Source of the DNA: an uncultured Gammaproteobacteria bacterium
Lineage (GTDB): Bacteria; Patescibacteriota; Patescibacteriia; UBA9934; GWF2-40-263
Direction of reading: 5' to 3'
Assembly (NCBI GenBank): GCA_964402425.1
Contig: CAYOCD010000001.1
Span: 163,442 to 227,441, forward strand
DNA length: 64,000 nucleotides
The notes below the pieces were generated by a model. It saw only the letters and a program-made list of their open reading frames with translations. It did no database searches and was not told the origin of the DNA. Positions 53,106 to 61,991 of this stretch are shown here, piece by piece (the first letter of the stretch is position 1; each line of letters begins with the position of its first letter). Both the position numbers and the translations under genes were made by a program.

Positions 53106-56100
53106 CTACTGCAGGAGTTGCGTCGGCAATCCAGGGAACATGTTGAGACCGTCTTTGAGAACACGCTCGACATCGACCTTCGTCTTCCCCACCTTGCGAT
53201 AGAGACTGATTTTGGTCGAACCATTCCCGGGAATCACATGACACCACCAGGGTTCGCCTGCATTCGGGTACCGGGACAGATCGTCGCCATAGGGAGCATC
53301 GACAAGCTCGCGCTTGTACTCTGCAACCATGGTTCCGTTGCCGCGATCTCTGAACGTGAGGCAAACAACTTCACCCGATGTCACTTTTCGCTTGAGGTCA
53401 TCAACAAATGCGAGTTCGGCTTCAAGAGCCTTCTTCGCCTCGTCGAGTTCCGCAAGCCAAATTTCAATAAGCTCTTTATCTTCCACAAGTGACCGTGGAA
53501 GCCGGATCACATTTGAACGAACCACAACGCATTCTTCGCGATCAATGCGTTGACGTTCAATACGCGCCGCATTTTCACGCTCCAGCCGTTCAACGATCTC
53601 CGCATATCGCCGCAGTTCATTCGGCGCCGTCGTGAGATCAAACGCGTTCGTGCTATTCACACGCACACACGTAATCTCACGCTGATTACTATCACGGAAT
53701 TCCATCCGCTTTCCGCCCGAGTAATCGAACACGTACCCAAGGGCACGCACACGAGCATCGAGCACGGCGAACTCTTCGCGTAGTGGAGCGAATTCGGCTT
53801 GCGCCTTTTCGCGCGCCTTGCGCGTTTCTTCTTCGCGACGAGCATGCTCTGCGGCCACCTCACGTTCACGCTGCAGTTCTGCCGCGTGTTCCGCTTGGTA
53901 CGCCTTGAGCGCGTCGCCTGTGAGTATATCTTCTGACGTTATGGTGTTCATCGCAGCGACAACGAGTTCAGGTGTGGATTCCGCCACAATCTTTTTCGCA
54001 ATCGCTTTCGTGAACTGATCCACATACGGCTGAATGCGCTTGCGGCGCTCTTCTCCATAAACATACAACGCACTCGTCGGAAAATTCTGCTGCCACAGCT
54101 TTGCGAGCTGCGGTGCATTATTAACGAAAAACCCAAACCCGTCCGAAAGCTGCATTGCAACCAAAGCGGCAATGGACGGAATGAGCGTTTCCGGAATCGT
54201 CTCCAAGGTTTTACGCTCGAGTTCGATTCCGTTCCAGGTGCGACAACAAACGAACATCTCAGCACCGCTCGAGAAAATATTTTCTCGTGCCACACTAACC
54301 ACAGTCTTACACGCTTCCACCGGAACAAGTTCCGACAACCATTTCTCGTCAATCGCATGACATCCGTGCATGTAGGTTTTGGTTCCACGATCGCTCGTGG
54401 TTCCCATTGCCTTCGTGCACACAAGCAATTCCGGCGGATCATCTCCAAACAGCGCAGAGCCGGGAGAGATGAACGTCGTGCGATCGTTCCAGGAATAATT
54501 GAACCGCCCAGACTTCTGAGCGATATTCACAATGAGCCCCGAGGCAACAGCCTTGCGGAGCTTGAGGGAATCTTGCGACGACGAATAGGTAACCCCTTCC
54601 TGCTCGAGCGTGCTCATCAGTTGATCGCGCAAACGATCCACCTGAGTGAGCGCACGAGACGAAAGGAAATTCTCCCTCGCCCACCGATGATCTCCGTCGG
54701 TCCGGTCCCAGTCCCGCCACACCTTGAGAAAAGTGAGCAAGTCCGAGTTCGGATCGTCAAAGCCTTTCTTCGCCCGACGAGCTTCTTCACGCTTGTCCTT
54801 CGGAGCAACGAAGATCGGCCTCGTGCCGGCAAGGCACGCAGCGATCGTGATCACTTCATCGAGACATTCGTGCCGTTCGCCCTCGAGAATCATGCGCCCA
54901 ATCATCGGCTCCACATGGAACCGCTTCATCCGCATGCCATCCTTCGTGACCTCGCCGTCCGCATCGAGCGCACCGAGCAGCTTCAGACGCGTTTCCGCAT
55001 CCTTCCACTGCACAGTCTTCGGTGCATCCATGAGATCTAGGGCGAGAATTTCCGAAAGCGTATACTTCAGGCAGCGCAAATCCAGGAGCACTTGATCGAG
55101 CGACATGCGCAGGATCTCGGGCTTCGTGAACGCCACGCGGCTTTCGAAATCTTCCTGACTGAACAGACGATGGCAGATGCCATCTTGAGTTCGACCCGCC
55201 CGGCCCTTACGCTGATCGCAACCGGCACGAGAGTGCTCGGTGACTTGCAGCGCAGACATCGACGCATCCACGTACACCGTTGCCTTGATCTGTCCAGAGT
55301 CGACCACGTGTCGAACTCCGTCAATCGTGAGCGAGGTTTCCGCGATGTTCGTCGCCACAATGATGCGGCGGCGACCATCCACCTTGAACACTTCTTTCTG
55401 ATCATCCGGCGCCTGCGAGCCGTAAAGCGGCAGGAACCGATAGCGCGACAATTCGCGTTCCTTTTCCTTCTCGAGAGCATTCACGACTTGCGTGATGCTT
55501 GCTTGATCAGGGAGAAACGCAAGAATGTCGCCCGGCTCATTGTTGTGCAAGATCTCGAGAATCTTCTCGATCATTGCCTTGACCATGTCGCCGCTCTCCG
55601 GCGTCTCCTTCGCGTAGCGGACCTCGACCGGGAAAACCCGACCAGGAACCGTGAGCACAGGAGCGTTGCCGAAGTACTTCGAGAACTTCTCCGTATCGAT
55701 CGTGGCCGACATGACCACAACCTTGAGGTCTGCACGCTTCGGGAGCACGCTCTTCACGAGCGCCATGAGAAGGTCTTGATTCACGCCGCGCTCATGCACC
55801 TCGTCGAGGCAGATGACGCTGTAGCGATGAAGAAGCGGATCCGAATGGAGCTGGTTCAGCAGCACACCTTCGGTGATGTACGCGAGTCGCGTTTCATCTC
55901 CGAGCATACGATCCTGTCCAATCTGGTAACCCACCACAGCCCCGAGATCGGTGCCGTAGAGTTCAGACACCCAGTCTGCGAGCATGGTCGCAGCCGGCCG
56001 CCGAGGTTCGGAAACCCCGATTAGCTTGTGGCTACCGAGTCCGGCCCGCAAAAGCGCGAGCGGACCCTTGGTCGACTTTCCCGCGCCGGTTTGGGCGGCG

Positions 56101-56180
56101 AGAATGACAACCTGGTTTTTACGAACAAGGTCGAGAAACTCGGCCTCATATGCATCAAACGGAAGAATGAGTTCAGACAC
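53106..56180 (-). CDS. HrpA-like DEAH-box RNA helicase with long unrecognised C-terminal extension
   Basis: TGAGKST, DEVH, MSAT, TNIAETSLTI, QRKGRAGR, HA2-like SDLLT; GTG start with GAGGTG SD. Confidence 0.9.
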   Translation of the reverse strand: MSELILPFDAYEAEFLDLVRKNQVVILAAQTGAGKSTKGPLALLRAGLGSHKLIGVSEPRRPAATMLADWVSELYGTDLGAVVGYQIGQDRMLGDETRLAYITEGVLLNQLHSDPLLHRYSVICLDEVHERGVNQDLLMALVKSVLPKRADLKVVVMSATIDTEKFSKYFGNAPVLTVPGRVFPVEVRYAKETPESGDMVKAMIEKILEILHNNEPGDILAFLPDQASITQVVNALEKEKERELSRYRFLPLYGSQAPDDQKEVFKVDGRRRIIVATNIAETSLTIDGVRHVVDSGQIKATVYVDASMSALQVTEHSRAGCDQRKGRAGRTQDGICHRLFSQEDFESRVAFTKPEILRMSLDQVLLDLRCLKYTLSEILALDLMDAPKTVQWKDAETRLKLLGALDADGEVTKDGMRMKRFHVEPMIGRMILEGERHECLDEVITIAACLAGTRPIFVAPKDKREEARRAKKGFDDPNSDLLTFLKVWRDWDRTDGDHRWARENFLSSRALTQVDRLRDQLMSTLEQEGVTYSSSQDSLKLRKAVASGLIVNIAQKSGRFNYSWNDRTTFISPGSALFGDDPPELLVCTKAMGTTSDRGTKTYMHGCHAIDEKWLSELVPVEACKTVVSVARENIFSSGAEMFVCCRTWNGIELERKTLETIPETLIPSIAALVAMQLSDGFGFFVNNAPQLAKLWQQNFPTSALYVYGEERRKRIQPYVDQFTKAIAKKIVAESTPELVVAAMNTITSEDILTGDALKAYQAEHAAELQREREVAAEHARREEETRKAREKAQAEFAPLREEFAVLDARVRALGYVFDYSGGKRMEFRDSNQREITCVRVNSTNAFDLTTAPNELRRYAEIVERLERENAARIERQRIDREECVVVRSNVIRLPRSLVEDKELIEIWLAELDEAKKALEAELAFVDDLKRKVTSGEVVCLTFRDRGNGTMVAEYKRELVDAPYGDDLSRYPNAGEPWWCHVIPGNGSTKISLYRKVGKTKVDVERVLKDGLNMFPGLPTQLLQ

Positions 56181-56198
56181 GTGTCACCTCTGATTTTG

Positions 56199-56268
56199 TG
56201 TCATTGCGAGGAGTTCGACGACGAAGCAATCTTAACGAAAAGGTTGCTTCGCTTCGCTCGCAATGACA
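56199..56268. repeat. Palindromic repeat element (GTCATTGCGAG...CTCGCAATGAC family)
   Basis: tgtcattgcgag...gaagcaatc / ggttgcttc...ctcgcaatgaca. Confidence 0.7.
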
Positions 56269-56435
56269 GTTGCCTAAAATGGTTCGGTTTTATCGAACAA
56301 TCGTACAAAAACTCAGACGAACTTCGCCTAATTTTTGACGGATAACTATATCACAAAAATGCACTTTTGTCAAGTGTTTACGGGGACTTTTTGTATTTTT
56401 TCAAACAAAAAACCCGAGAAATTTCTCGAGCAGTA

Positions 56436-57128
56436 TTAATGAGTTTCCCCCATTGCATCCGCAAAAGTGCGAACGCGAGCGGGATTCAGTTCTGTGTGTG
56501 AATCACTGATTCCGGTCGCGACAAGGAAATAGTCGGCGTACGGAAGGAATAAACGAATGTTTTCTGGAGTCATACCGCTTGCAATCGCAAGGGGCTTGTC
56601 CGGAACCGCTTCTTTCATGAGACGAATCTTGTCGACATCCGGAGCCGATCCTGTTCCAGAACCGCTCGTTGTGATGACGTCCACAAATGGTGCGGCGAGC
56701 TTGGCATCCGATGCCGGATCGCCAAACTGTGGTTGATACTTGAATGCGACTCCTCCAAAGAACAATCCTTTCCACCGCTGAGCCGTAGCCTTTTGAATCG
56801 CACGATACCGACGTGCGTTATACGAAGGATCCGCAAGGTCAGCGCGAATATCAACGGAATCAACCCAGATCCCGGAAACATCCGGAGGAACAATCGTAAG
56901 TATTTGTGCCGGTTCAAGACCAAGACAATTCAGTCCGATCCAAGCTCTTGGAAACAACCTGCGTATCTGACAAAAAATAGTCAGAAGTTGCTGTGATGTG
57001 ATTGAGTGATTGATGAGAAAAATTCCATGTGCACCATTCTCAAACGCAACATGCACATTGCGCAAAGCTTGCGCGGAATATTCCACATGGATGACGGGAA
57101 GAAATGCGCGCTTCGGAAGATGAAACAT
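56436..57128 (-). CDS. BtpA/SgcQ-like TIM-barrel protein
   Basis: PVIH, GLN, GGVAFKYQ, TTSGSGTG, LAIASG.TPEN, FLVATGI. Confidence 0.7.
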   Translation of the reverse strand: MFHLPKRAFLPVIHVEYSAQALRNVHVAFENGAHGIFLINHSITSQQLLTIFCQIRRLFPRAWIGLNCLGLEPAQILTIVPPDVSGIWVDSVDIRADLADPSYNARRYRAIQKATAQRWKGLFFGGVAFKYQPQFGDPASDAKLAAPFVDVITTSGSGTGSAPDVDKIRLMKEAVPDKPLAIASGMTPENIRLFLPYADYFLVATGISDSHTELNPARVRTFADAMGETH

Positions 57129-57264
57129 GGAACACCTCAACAAAATGAACTAAAGAAACGTTAGCGAAAAAACATGATTACGTCAACATTTCTTCCCAAT
57201 AAAAAACATCTCCGTTACGTGGAGATGTTTTTATTTTTTGTATCAATAGAACGGACATCTTTTT

Positions 57265-57948
57265 TTACAACGAAGAAAATAACAATCCTTGATACGCCGC
57301 GCAGCTTGCGCCGGATAATGCGTCACAAATGGCGTATGCAGGAGTTGAAATAAAAAAGAACACATTGAAATTTGTGAGGAGCGCAACAAAAACGGCAAAC
57401 ATCAAAATTTGTGGACCACGAACCGCAACAAAACTTCTGAGCTTTTCATGTTTTGGTGCATCAAAAAGGGCAAAAAATAATTTTGAGCCATCAAGTGGAT
57501 GAATTGGAATCACGTTGAAAAGCGCCAAAAATAAATTTAACAGAGTCAGAAAAAACAGAAAAGCTGTGAGTAAGCTGTACGGAGACAACCCGCCATTCAC
57601 AACCAACAATCGAAACGCAATAGAAGAAATAGTTGCGATGGTGAGATTTGAAACAGGCCCCGCAAGCGCAATCATGACAGAATCCCACTTAGGATTTTTT
57701 AAATTGTATGGATTAAACGGAACTGGTTTTGCCCAACCAAATCCAAATAACAAAAGTGGAATAAATCCAAACAGATCCACGTGTGCAAGCGGATTCAATG
57801 TTAATCGCCCTTCACGTTCTGCGGTTTGATCCCCTTTCCATTTTCCGACAAGCGCATGCGAAAATTCATGAACCGTAAGCGAAATTAAAATAGCGATCGT
57901 CCAAGCAAACGCAAGAGGGGGTGAAGAAAAAAGTAAAGTAAGAAACAT
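57265..57948 (-). CDS. Site-2 protease (M50)
   Basis: HEFSH, AGPVSN, FNVIPIHPLDG. Confidence 0.93.
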   Translation of the reverse strand: MFLTLLFSSPPLAFAWTIAILISLTVHEFSHALVGKWKGDQTAEREGRLTLNPLAHVDLFGFIPLLLFGFGWAKPVPFNPYNLKNPKWDSVMIALAGPVSNLTIATISSIAFRLLVVNGGLSPYSLLTAFLFFLTLLNLFLALFNVIPIHPLDGSKLFFALFDAPKHEKLRSFVAVRGPQILMFAVFVALLTNFNVFFFISTPAYAICDALSGASCAAYQGLLFSSL

Positions 57949-57951
57949 AAT

Positions 57952-59250
57952 CTAAACACGTTTAATTTGAGCACCTACACCACGAAGTTTCTCTTCCAGA
58001 TTTTCATATCCTCGATCAAGATGTTCGATTCCTGTCAGAGTTGATGTTCCGTCCGCAATAAGCGCAGCAACTACGAACGCGAGTCCTGCACGAATATCTG
58101 GAACTTCAACTTCTGCGGCACGCAATTTTGACGGACCATTGATGACAGCCGAATGTTTGTAATTCATCCCTTTAAATCGACAAGTAATTTCTCCGAGGCA
58201 ATTTGAAAACAATGCGATGTCTGCTCCCATTTTTTTAAGAGCTTCTGTGTATCCAAAACGTTCTTCATAAACCGTTTCATGTACGACACTCGTTCCTTCC
58301 GCTTGTGTAAGCACTGTCACAAATGGCTGTTGCCAGTCTGTCATAAATCCCGGATGTGTATCTGTCTCAAGTTCGATTCCTTTGAGTGGTCGTGTTCCGC
58401 GAAACAAAATTCCGTTTTGTTTCACTTCATATTCCCCGCCAATTCTACGCACAGCATTCAGAAACGTCATCATGTGTGCATGCTCCGCACCACGAACAAG
58501 AATCTCCCCACGTGTTCCAATCGCCATCGATGCATAGGACGCCGCTTCCATACGATCCGGCATAATTGTGACCTCTGTGCCACGCAATTTTTCCACACCA
58601 AAAATTTCAATCCATCGTCCAGAATTAATTTGAATGATCGCCCCCATGTTTTGCAGCATCATGATCAATTGTTTCACTTCAGGTTCTCCAGCCGCATTAC
58701 GAATCGTCGTTCGACCTTCTGCAAGCACACTGGCGAGAATAGCTGTTTCTGTTGCCCCGACGGAAGGATAAGCGAGTTCAATCAACGTTCCTTTTAATCG
58801 TTTTGGAACGGTTGCGTGATAACCGTTTTCTGTTTCAACGATTTGCGCCCCCATCTTTGAGAGAATTTCAATGTGAAAATTGACCGGACGTGGTCCAATA
58901 GCATCTCCTCCAACTCGAGGCACAAAGGCTTCTCCCGCACGATGCAAAAGAGGTGCAAGGGCCAAAATACTAATACGATTTTTTCGTGAAAGCGAAGTTG
59001 CGTTTGTAGAGCTGATTGATGATGTTGTCACACAAACTTCGTTTGGACTTCGCCAGTCAACCTTTGCGCCGACCGCTTCAATAATTTCTTGCGTGATTTG
59101 TGTTTCTTGTTGGCGCGGAACATTTTTGAGCACAACAGGTTCATCTGTGAGCAATGATGCGATCAGCATTTTTGATGCAGCATTTTTTGCTCCAGAGACA
59201 GCAATCTCTCCAACAAGTGGCTTCCCGCCCATGATTTGAAAAACAGACAT
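57952..59250 (-). CDS. murA: UDP-N-acetylglucosamine 1-carboxyvinyltransferase (Asp in place of active-site Cys)
   Basis: SGAKNA, GGDAIGPRP, SVGATE, PGFMTDWQ, DIRAG, LDRGYE. Confidence 0.95.
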   Translation of the reverse strand: MSVFQIMGGKPLVGEIAVSGAKNAASKMLIASLLTDEPVVLKNVPRQQETQITQEIIEAVGAKVDWRSPNEVCVTTSSISSTNATSLSRKNRISILALAPLLHRAGEAFVPRVGGDAIGPRPVNFHIEILSKMGAQIVETENGYHATVPKRLKGTLIELAYPSVGATETAILASVLAEGRTTIRNAAGEPEVKQLIMMLQNMGAIIQINSGRWIEIFGVEKLRGTEVTIMPDRMEAASYASMAIGTRGEILVRGAEHAHMMTFLNAVRRIGGEYEVKQNGILFRGTRPLKGIELETDTHPGFMTDWQQPFVTVLTQAEGTSVVHETVYEERFGYTEALKKMGADIALFSNCLGEITCRFKGMNYKHSAVINGPSKLRAAEVEVPDIRAGLAFVVAALIADGTSTLTGIEHLDRGYENLEEKLRGVGAQIKRV

Positions 59251-59257
59251 AAAAAAA

Positions 59258-59557
59258 TTAATGAAGTGTTAAAGGCCCTCGTTTATTTCCAAAATCTTGT
59301 GCAATCTTTCGGATTATTCGATTCGTTTCTTTGAGCGCTTCACGTGCAGCCGTAAGATCTATTTCCATTTTGTGAACATCTTCCCACCCAGCCTCTGGAT
59401 CCGCCTGTGCAACAACGAGTTCTTTTGTACGTTCATCAATTTGTTTTCCAAGATACTCACGTTGTTCTTCAAGTGTAAGCAATTGACGATCGCCAAACAT
59501 GGCGAGGGCTTCTACACCAGTCATGGGTGGGACATAAGGAAGTTTTTCTCGTTCCAT
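59258..59557 (-). CDS. Hypothetical protein
   Basis: In-operon ORF, helical. Confidence 0.6.
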   Translation of the reverse strand: MEREKLPYVPPMTGVEALAMFGDRQLLTLEEQREYLGKQIDERTKELVVAQADPEAGWEDVHKMEIDLTAAREALKETNRIIRKIAQDFGNKRGPLTLH

Positions 59558-59558
59558 A

Positions 59559-60023
59559 TTATTTATTTACAAATTCTTCAAACGCTTTTTCATCATCAAA
59601 CGGCAAAAAATCTTTGTGATGTTCTGGTGGTTTAAACCCATCATATTTTTTATTCCTGATGCCACACCAATATTTTTCTGTTTCTCCGGCAATCGCACCT
59701 GCATAACGAAACCATCCGTTTGCATATCCGCAGTAAGCACATCCAATTTTTTCATACCACGTGAGATACGAAAGCTTGTGTCGATCCATGCGAATAAAAT
59801 CTTTTCGTTGAAGACGAGAAATCCCCATCAAGCGAAATCCGATCTGATGATAAAATTCAAGAGAGATATCAAACAGAACAAGTGGAATGAACTGAAAGAA
59901 GACAAGGGGTGTATAGAAAGTAAATCGAAACTTCATTCTTGGTCGATGATTCAAAATCTGACGATATTTCATACATATACAGTTAACGCACACAGTATAC
60001 GTCTCCTCCCTGCTTTTTTCCAC
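59559..60023 (-). CDS. Conserved hypothetical membrane protein with CxYCxYANG...EKYWC motif
   Basis: Cys motif and TM segment; true start probably ATG 59972 or later. Confidence 0.65.
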   Translation of the reverse strand: MEKSREETYTVCVNCICMKYRQILNHRPRMKFRFTFYTPLVFFQFIPLVLFDISLEFYHQIGFRLMGISRLQRKDFIRMDRHKLSYLTWYEKIGCAYCGYANGWFRYAGAIAGETEKYWCGIRNKKYDGFKPPEHHKDFLPFDDEKAFEEFVNK

Positions 60024-60044
60024 ACGTCTATGAGATAGATAAAC

Positions 60045-60091
60045 TTGACGTTACAGATATTCTCTGATACTTTGTGTGTAATTTACACAAA
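60045..60091 (+). promoter_or_regulatory. nrtR promoter with overlapping NrtR operator
   Basis: TTGACG-17 bp-TACTTT (extended TG); palindrome TTTGTGT-N7-ACACAAA at 60071-60091 with the GT-N7-AC core typical of NrtR sites. Confidence 0.7.
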
Positions 60092-60096
60092 CAGAT

Positions 60097-60756
60097 ATGT
60101 CCCAACAAAAAATCATCGTTGCTGTTGATACGGTCATCTTTACCGTTCATGATGACGAACTCTGCGTACTCCTCATTCAAATGAAAAAAACACCGTACAC
60201 AGGACTCTGGGCCTTCCCTGGCGGTCGAGTCGAAAATACTGAAACGACAGAACAAACCGCAATTCGTATTTTAAAAGAACAAACCGGTGTTTCAAACGTT
60301 TACCTTGAACAACTCAAAACCTTTGATTCTATTGAGCGAGATCAGCTGGAGCGTGTCATCTCCGTTGCCTCCTTTGCCCTTATCTCCTCATCAGATATTC
60401 ATCTCACAACAACCGACAAATACGCAGACGTAAAGTGGTGGCCGATCAAAAAGCTTCCAGAATTAGCCTACGACCACAAATATATCGCCAAAGAAGCGAT
60501 CGTTCGATTAAAAAGCCGGCTTCAGTACACAAACATCGCCTGGAGTCTGCTTACCGACGAGTTTACCCTCACAGACTTACAGCGTATTTACGAAATTATT
60601 CTTGATACCACCATAGATAAACGTAACTTCCGTAAGCGAATCCTCGCCCTCGACCTCATCTCCTCCGTCGGCAAGAAACGTGGCGGCGAAGCAAACCGCC
60701 CAGCAGAGCTTTACAAGTTCAAGCACAAAAAGCTTGAATATGTGGAGATTATGTAG
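60097..60756 (+). CDS. nrtR: NrtR-family Nudix transcriptional regulator
   Basis: VAVD.VIF, WAFPGG, YLEQL.TF...RD, LAYDH; wHTH FTL..LQ..YE, DKRNFRKR, RPAELY. Confidence 0.92.
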   Translation: MSQQKIIVAVDTVIFTVHDDELCVLLIQMKKTPYTGLWAFPGGRVENTETTEQTAIRILKEQTGVSNVYLEQLKTFDSIERDQLERVISVASFALISSSDIHLTTTDKYADVKWWPIKKLPELAYDHKYIAKEAIVRLKSRLQYTNIAWSLLTDEFTLTDLQRIYEIILDTTIDKRNFRKRILALDLISSVGKKRGGEANRPAELYKFKHKKLEYVEIM

Positions 60757-60900
60757 GGAAAGGGCGGAAGTGGCAGAGAGGGCAGAAAAGGCGGAAAGGA
60801 ACGAAAGAAACAAGAGCCAATTTGGCTCTTTTTTGTTCACGCTTTCCACCCCATCCCTTTCCGCCCATTCCGCCTTTTCAGCCTTTTCCGCCCTTTTTCA
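60757..60900. repeat. Imperfect inverted repeat built of 9-mer GGCRGAAAR units around a terminator hairpin
   Basis: Purine arm ggcggaagt ggcagagag ggcagaaaa ggcggaaag; core aagagcca-att-tggctctttttt; mirrored pyrimidine arm. Confidence 0.65.
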
Positions 60901-60906
60901 TTACGT

Positions 60907-60939
60907 TTGACATAAGTAAGTGTCTATATTACACTTACT
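60907..60939 (+). promoter_or_regulatory. pncA operon promoter P1 with NrtR operator
   Basis: TTGACA-17 bp-TACACT; palindrome AGTAAGTGT-N7-ACACTTACT at 60915-60939. Confidence 0.75.
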
Positions 60940-60984
60940 ATAATTTAAAGGACATTTCAAACAAAAAACACCTAAGAAAAACCA

Positions 60985-61013
60985 TTGACATTTTGCGCAA
61001 AATTGGATATTCT
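60985..61013 (+). promoter_or_regulatory. Second sigma70 promoter P2 upstream of pncA
   Basis: TTGACA-17 bp-TATTCT. Confidence 0.55.
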
Positions 61014-61122
61014 TCCCCGTCCTAAGGTGGTGTTTTTCAATGAATACATCTGCGGAAAACACAGGGTTTCCCGCAGATGCCGTTCGTTGAACGTCCCCAT
61101 GGTGGGGATTGAGGTGAGAGCC

Positions 61123-61881
61123 ATGTTGAATGATGAAGGTTTGATTCAGATCGGAAAGGGTGATGCGGTCATCGTCGTCGATGCCACGGGAGCATTCGGT
61201 CCGGACGGCGGACTGCCCGTGCCCGGCGCCCTTGAGATCATCAAGGTCATTCGAGAACTCGTCTTGAAGTTCAAGCGCCGTCAGCGCTTCAACGTCTTTG
61301 ATGCGCACCCAAGAGGTCACATCAACTATCGCACCTCCTACGTGAAGCGGGCCCGTGGTCCGCTCAACATCACGGAAGTTCTGGGCAATAAGATCAAGAT
61401 TGCGAGTCATGCACTCTTCACCCGCGAAGATTTGATCGCCTACCTCATGCGTCTGAATCGGCACGAAACACTCCTCTGGGACGAACATGCCGAAATGACC
61501 ACAAGCGAGATTCGTCTCTTCGACGGTCTGCGCGATCTCGAAGACGCATTCGTCCTTCACTTCCCGAAGGGCACGGATCCAAAAATCGACAGCTACAGTG
61601 CGTTTCGCGATACGCTTTGGATGCCGACCGGTCTTGGTCGCATTCTAAAAGAACGTGGCATCAAACGTGTATTCATCGTCGGTCTTGCGTTCGACTTCTG
61701 CGTTGGCTTCACAGCTGAAGACGCCGCGCTCGAAGGTTTCGAGTCCTACATCGTCCGCGACGGTACACGCTCTGTCGGCCTTCCCGCCGAAGGTGACTAC
61801 CCCGGTTCGATTGCCTTCATGGAAGCGCGTCTCATCGCTCGCGGTGTAAAGTGCATCAACTCGAATCAGATCCAAGCCTAA
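61123..61881 (+). CDS. pncA: Nicotinamidase/pyrazinamidase
   Basis: VVVD, GGLPVPG, DAHP, KG....DSYSAF, GLAFDFCVG.TA.DA (Asp-Lys-Cys triad); GAGGTG SD. Confidence 0.88.
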   Translation: MLNDEGLIQIGKGDAVIVVDATGAFGPDGGLPVPGALEIIKVIRELVLKFKRRQRFNVFDAHPRGHINYRTSYVKRARGPLNITEVLGNKIKIASHALFTREDLIAYLMRLNRHETLLWDEHAEMTTSEIRLFDGLRDLEDAFVLHFPKGTDPKIDSYSAFRDTLWMPTGLGRILKERGIKRVFIVGLAFDFCVGFTAEDAALEGFESYIVRDGTRSVGLPAEGDYPGSIAFMEARLIARGVKCINSNQIQA

Positions 61882-61923
61882 TTCACTCGCTCTTTTAGCC
61901 CCCCTCGCTCTTCATCTCGAAGG

Positions 61924-61987
61924 GCCCTTTTCTTAAGCACCTCAACCAGTGGGATGCTTCAATCAAAGGTTCGGAACAAGCAGGAGG
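61924..61987 (+). ncRNA. Candidate cis-regulatory RNA motif, copy 1 (leader of nadD-like gene)
   Basis: 43/55 ungapped identity to 62638-62692, covarying hairpin, directly before SD AGGAGG. Confidence 0.5.
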
Positions 61988-61991
61988 TCGT

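Noticed and set aside
53010-56345. Long plus-strand ORFs (e.g. 55092-56024, 54357-55040)
   Set aside because: Antisense shadows of the GC-rich helicase; no motifs or start signals.
60757-60900. CRISPR array or coding ORF (60680-60910) in the GA-rich repeats
   Set aside because: Units are degenerate 9-mers with no unique spacers and no cas genes; the ORF is a by-product of low complexity.
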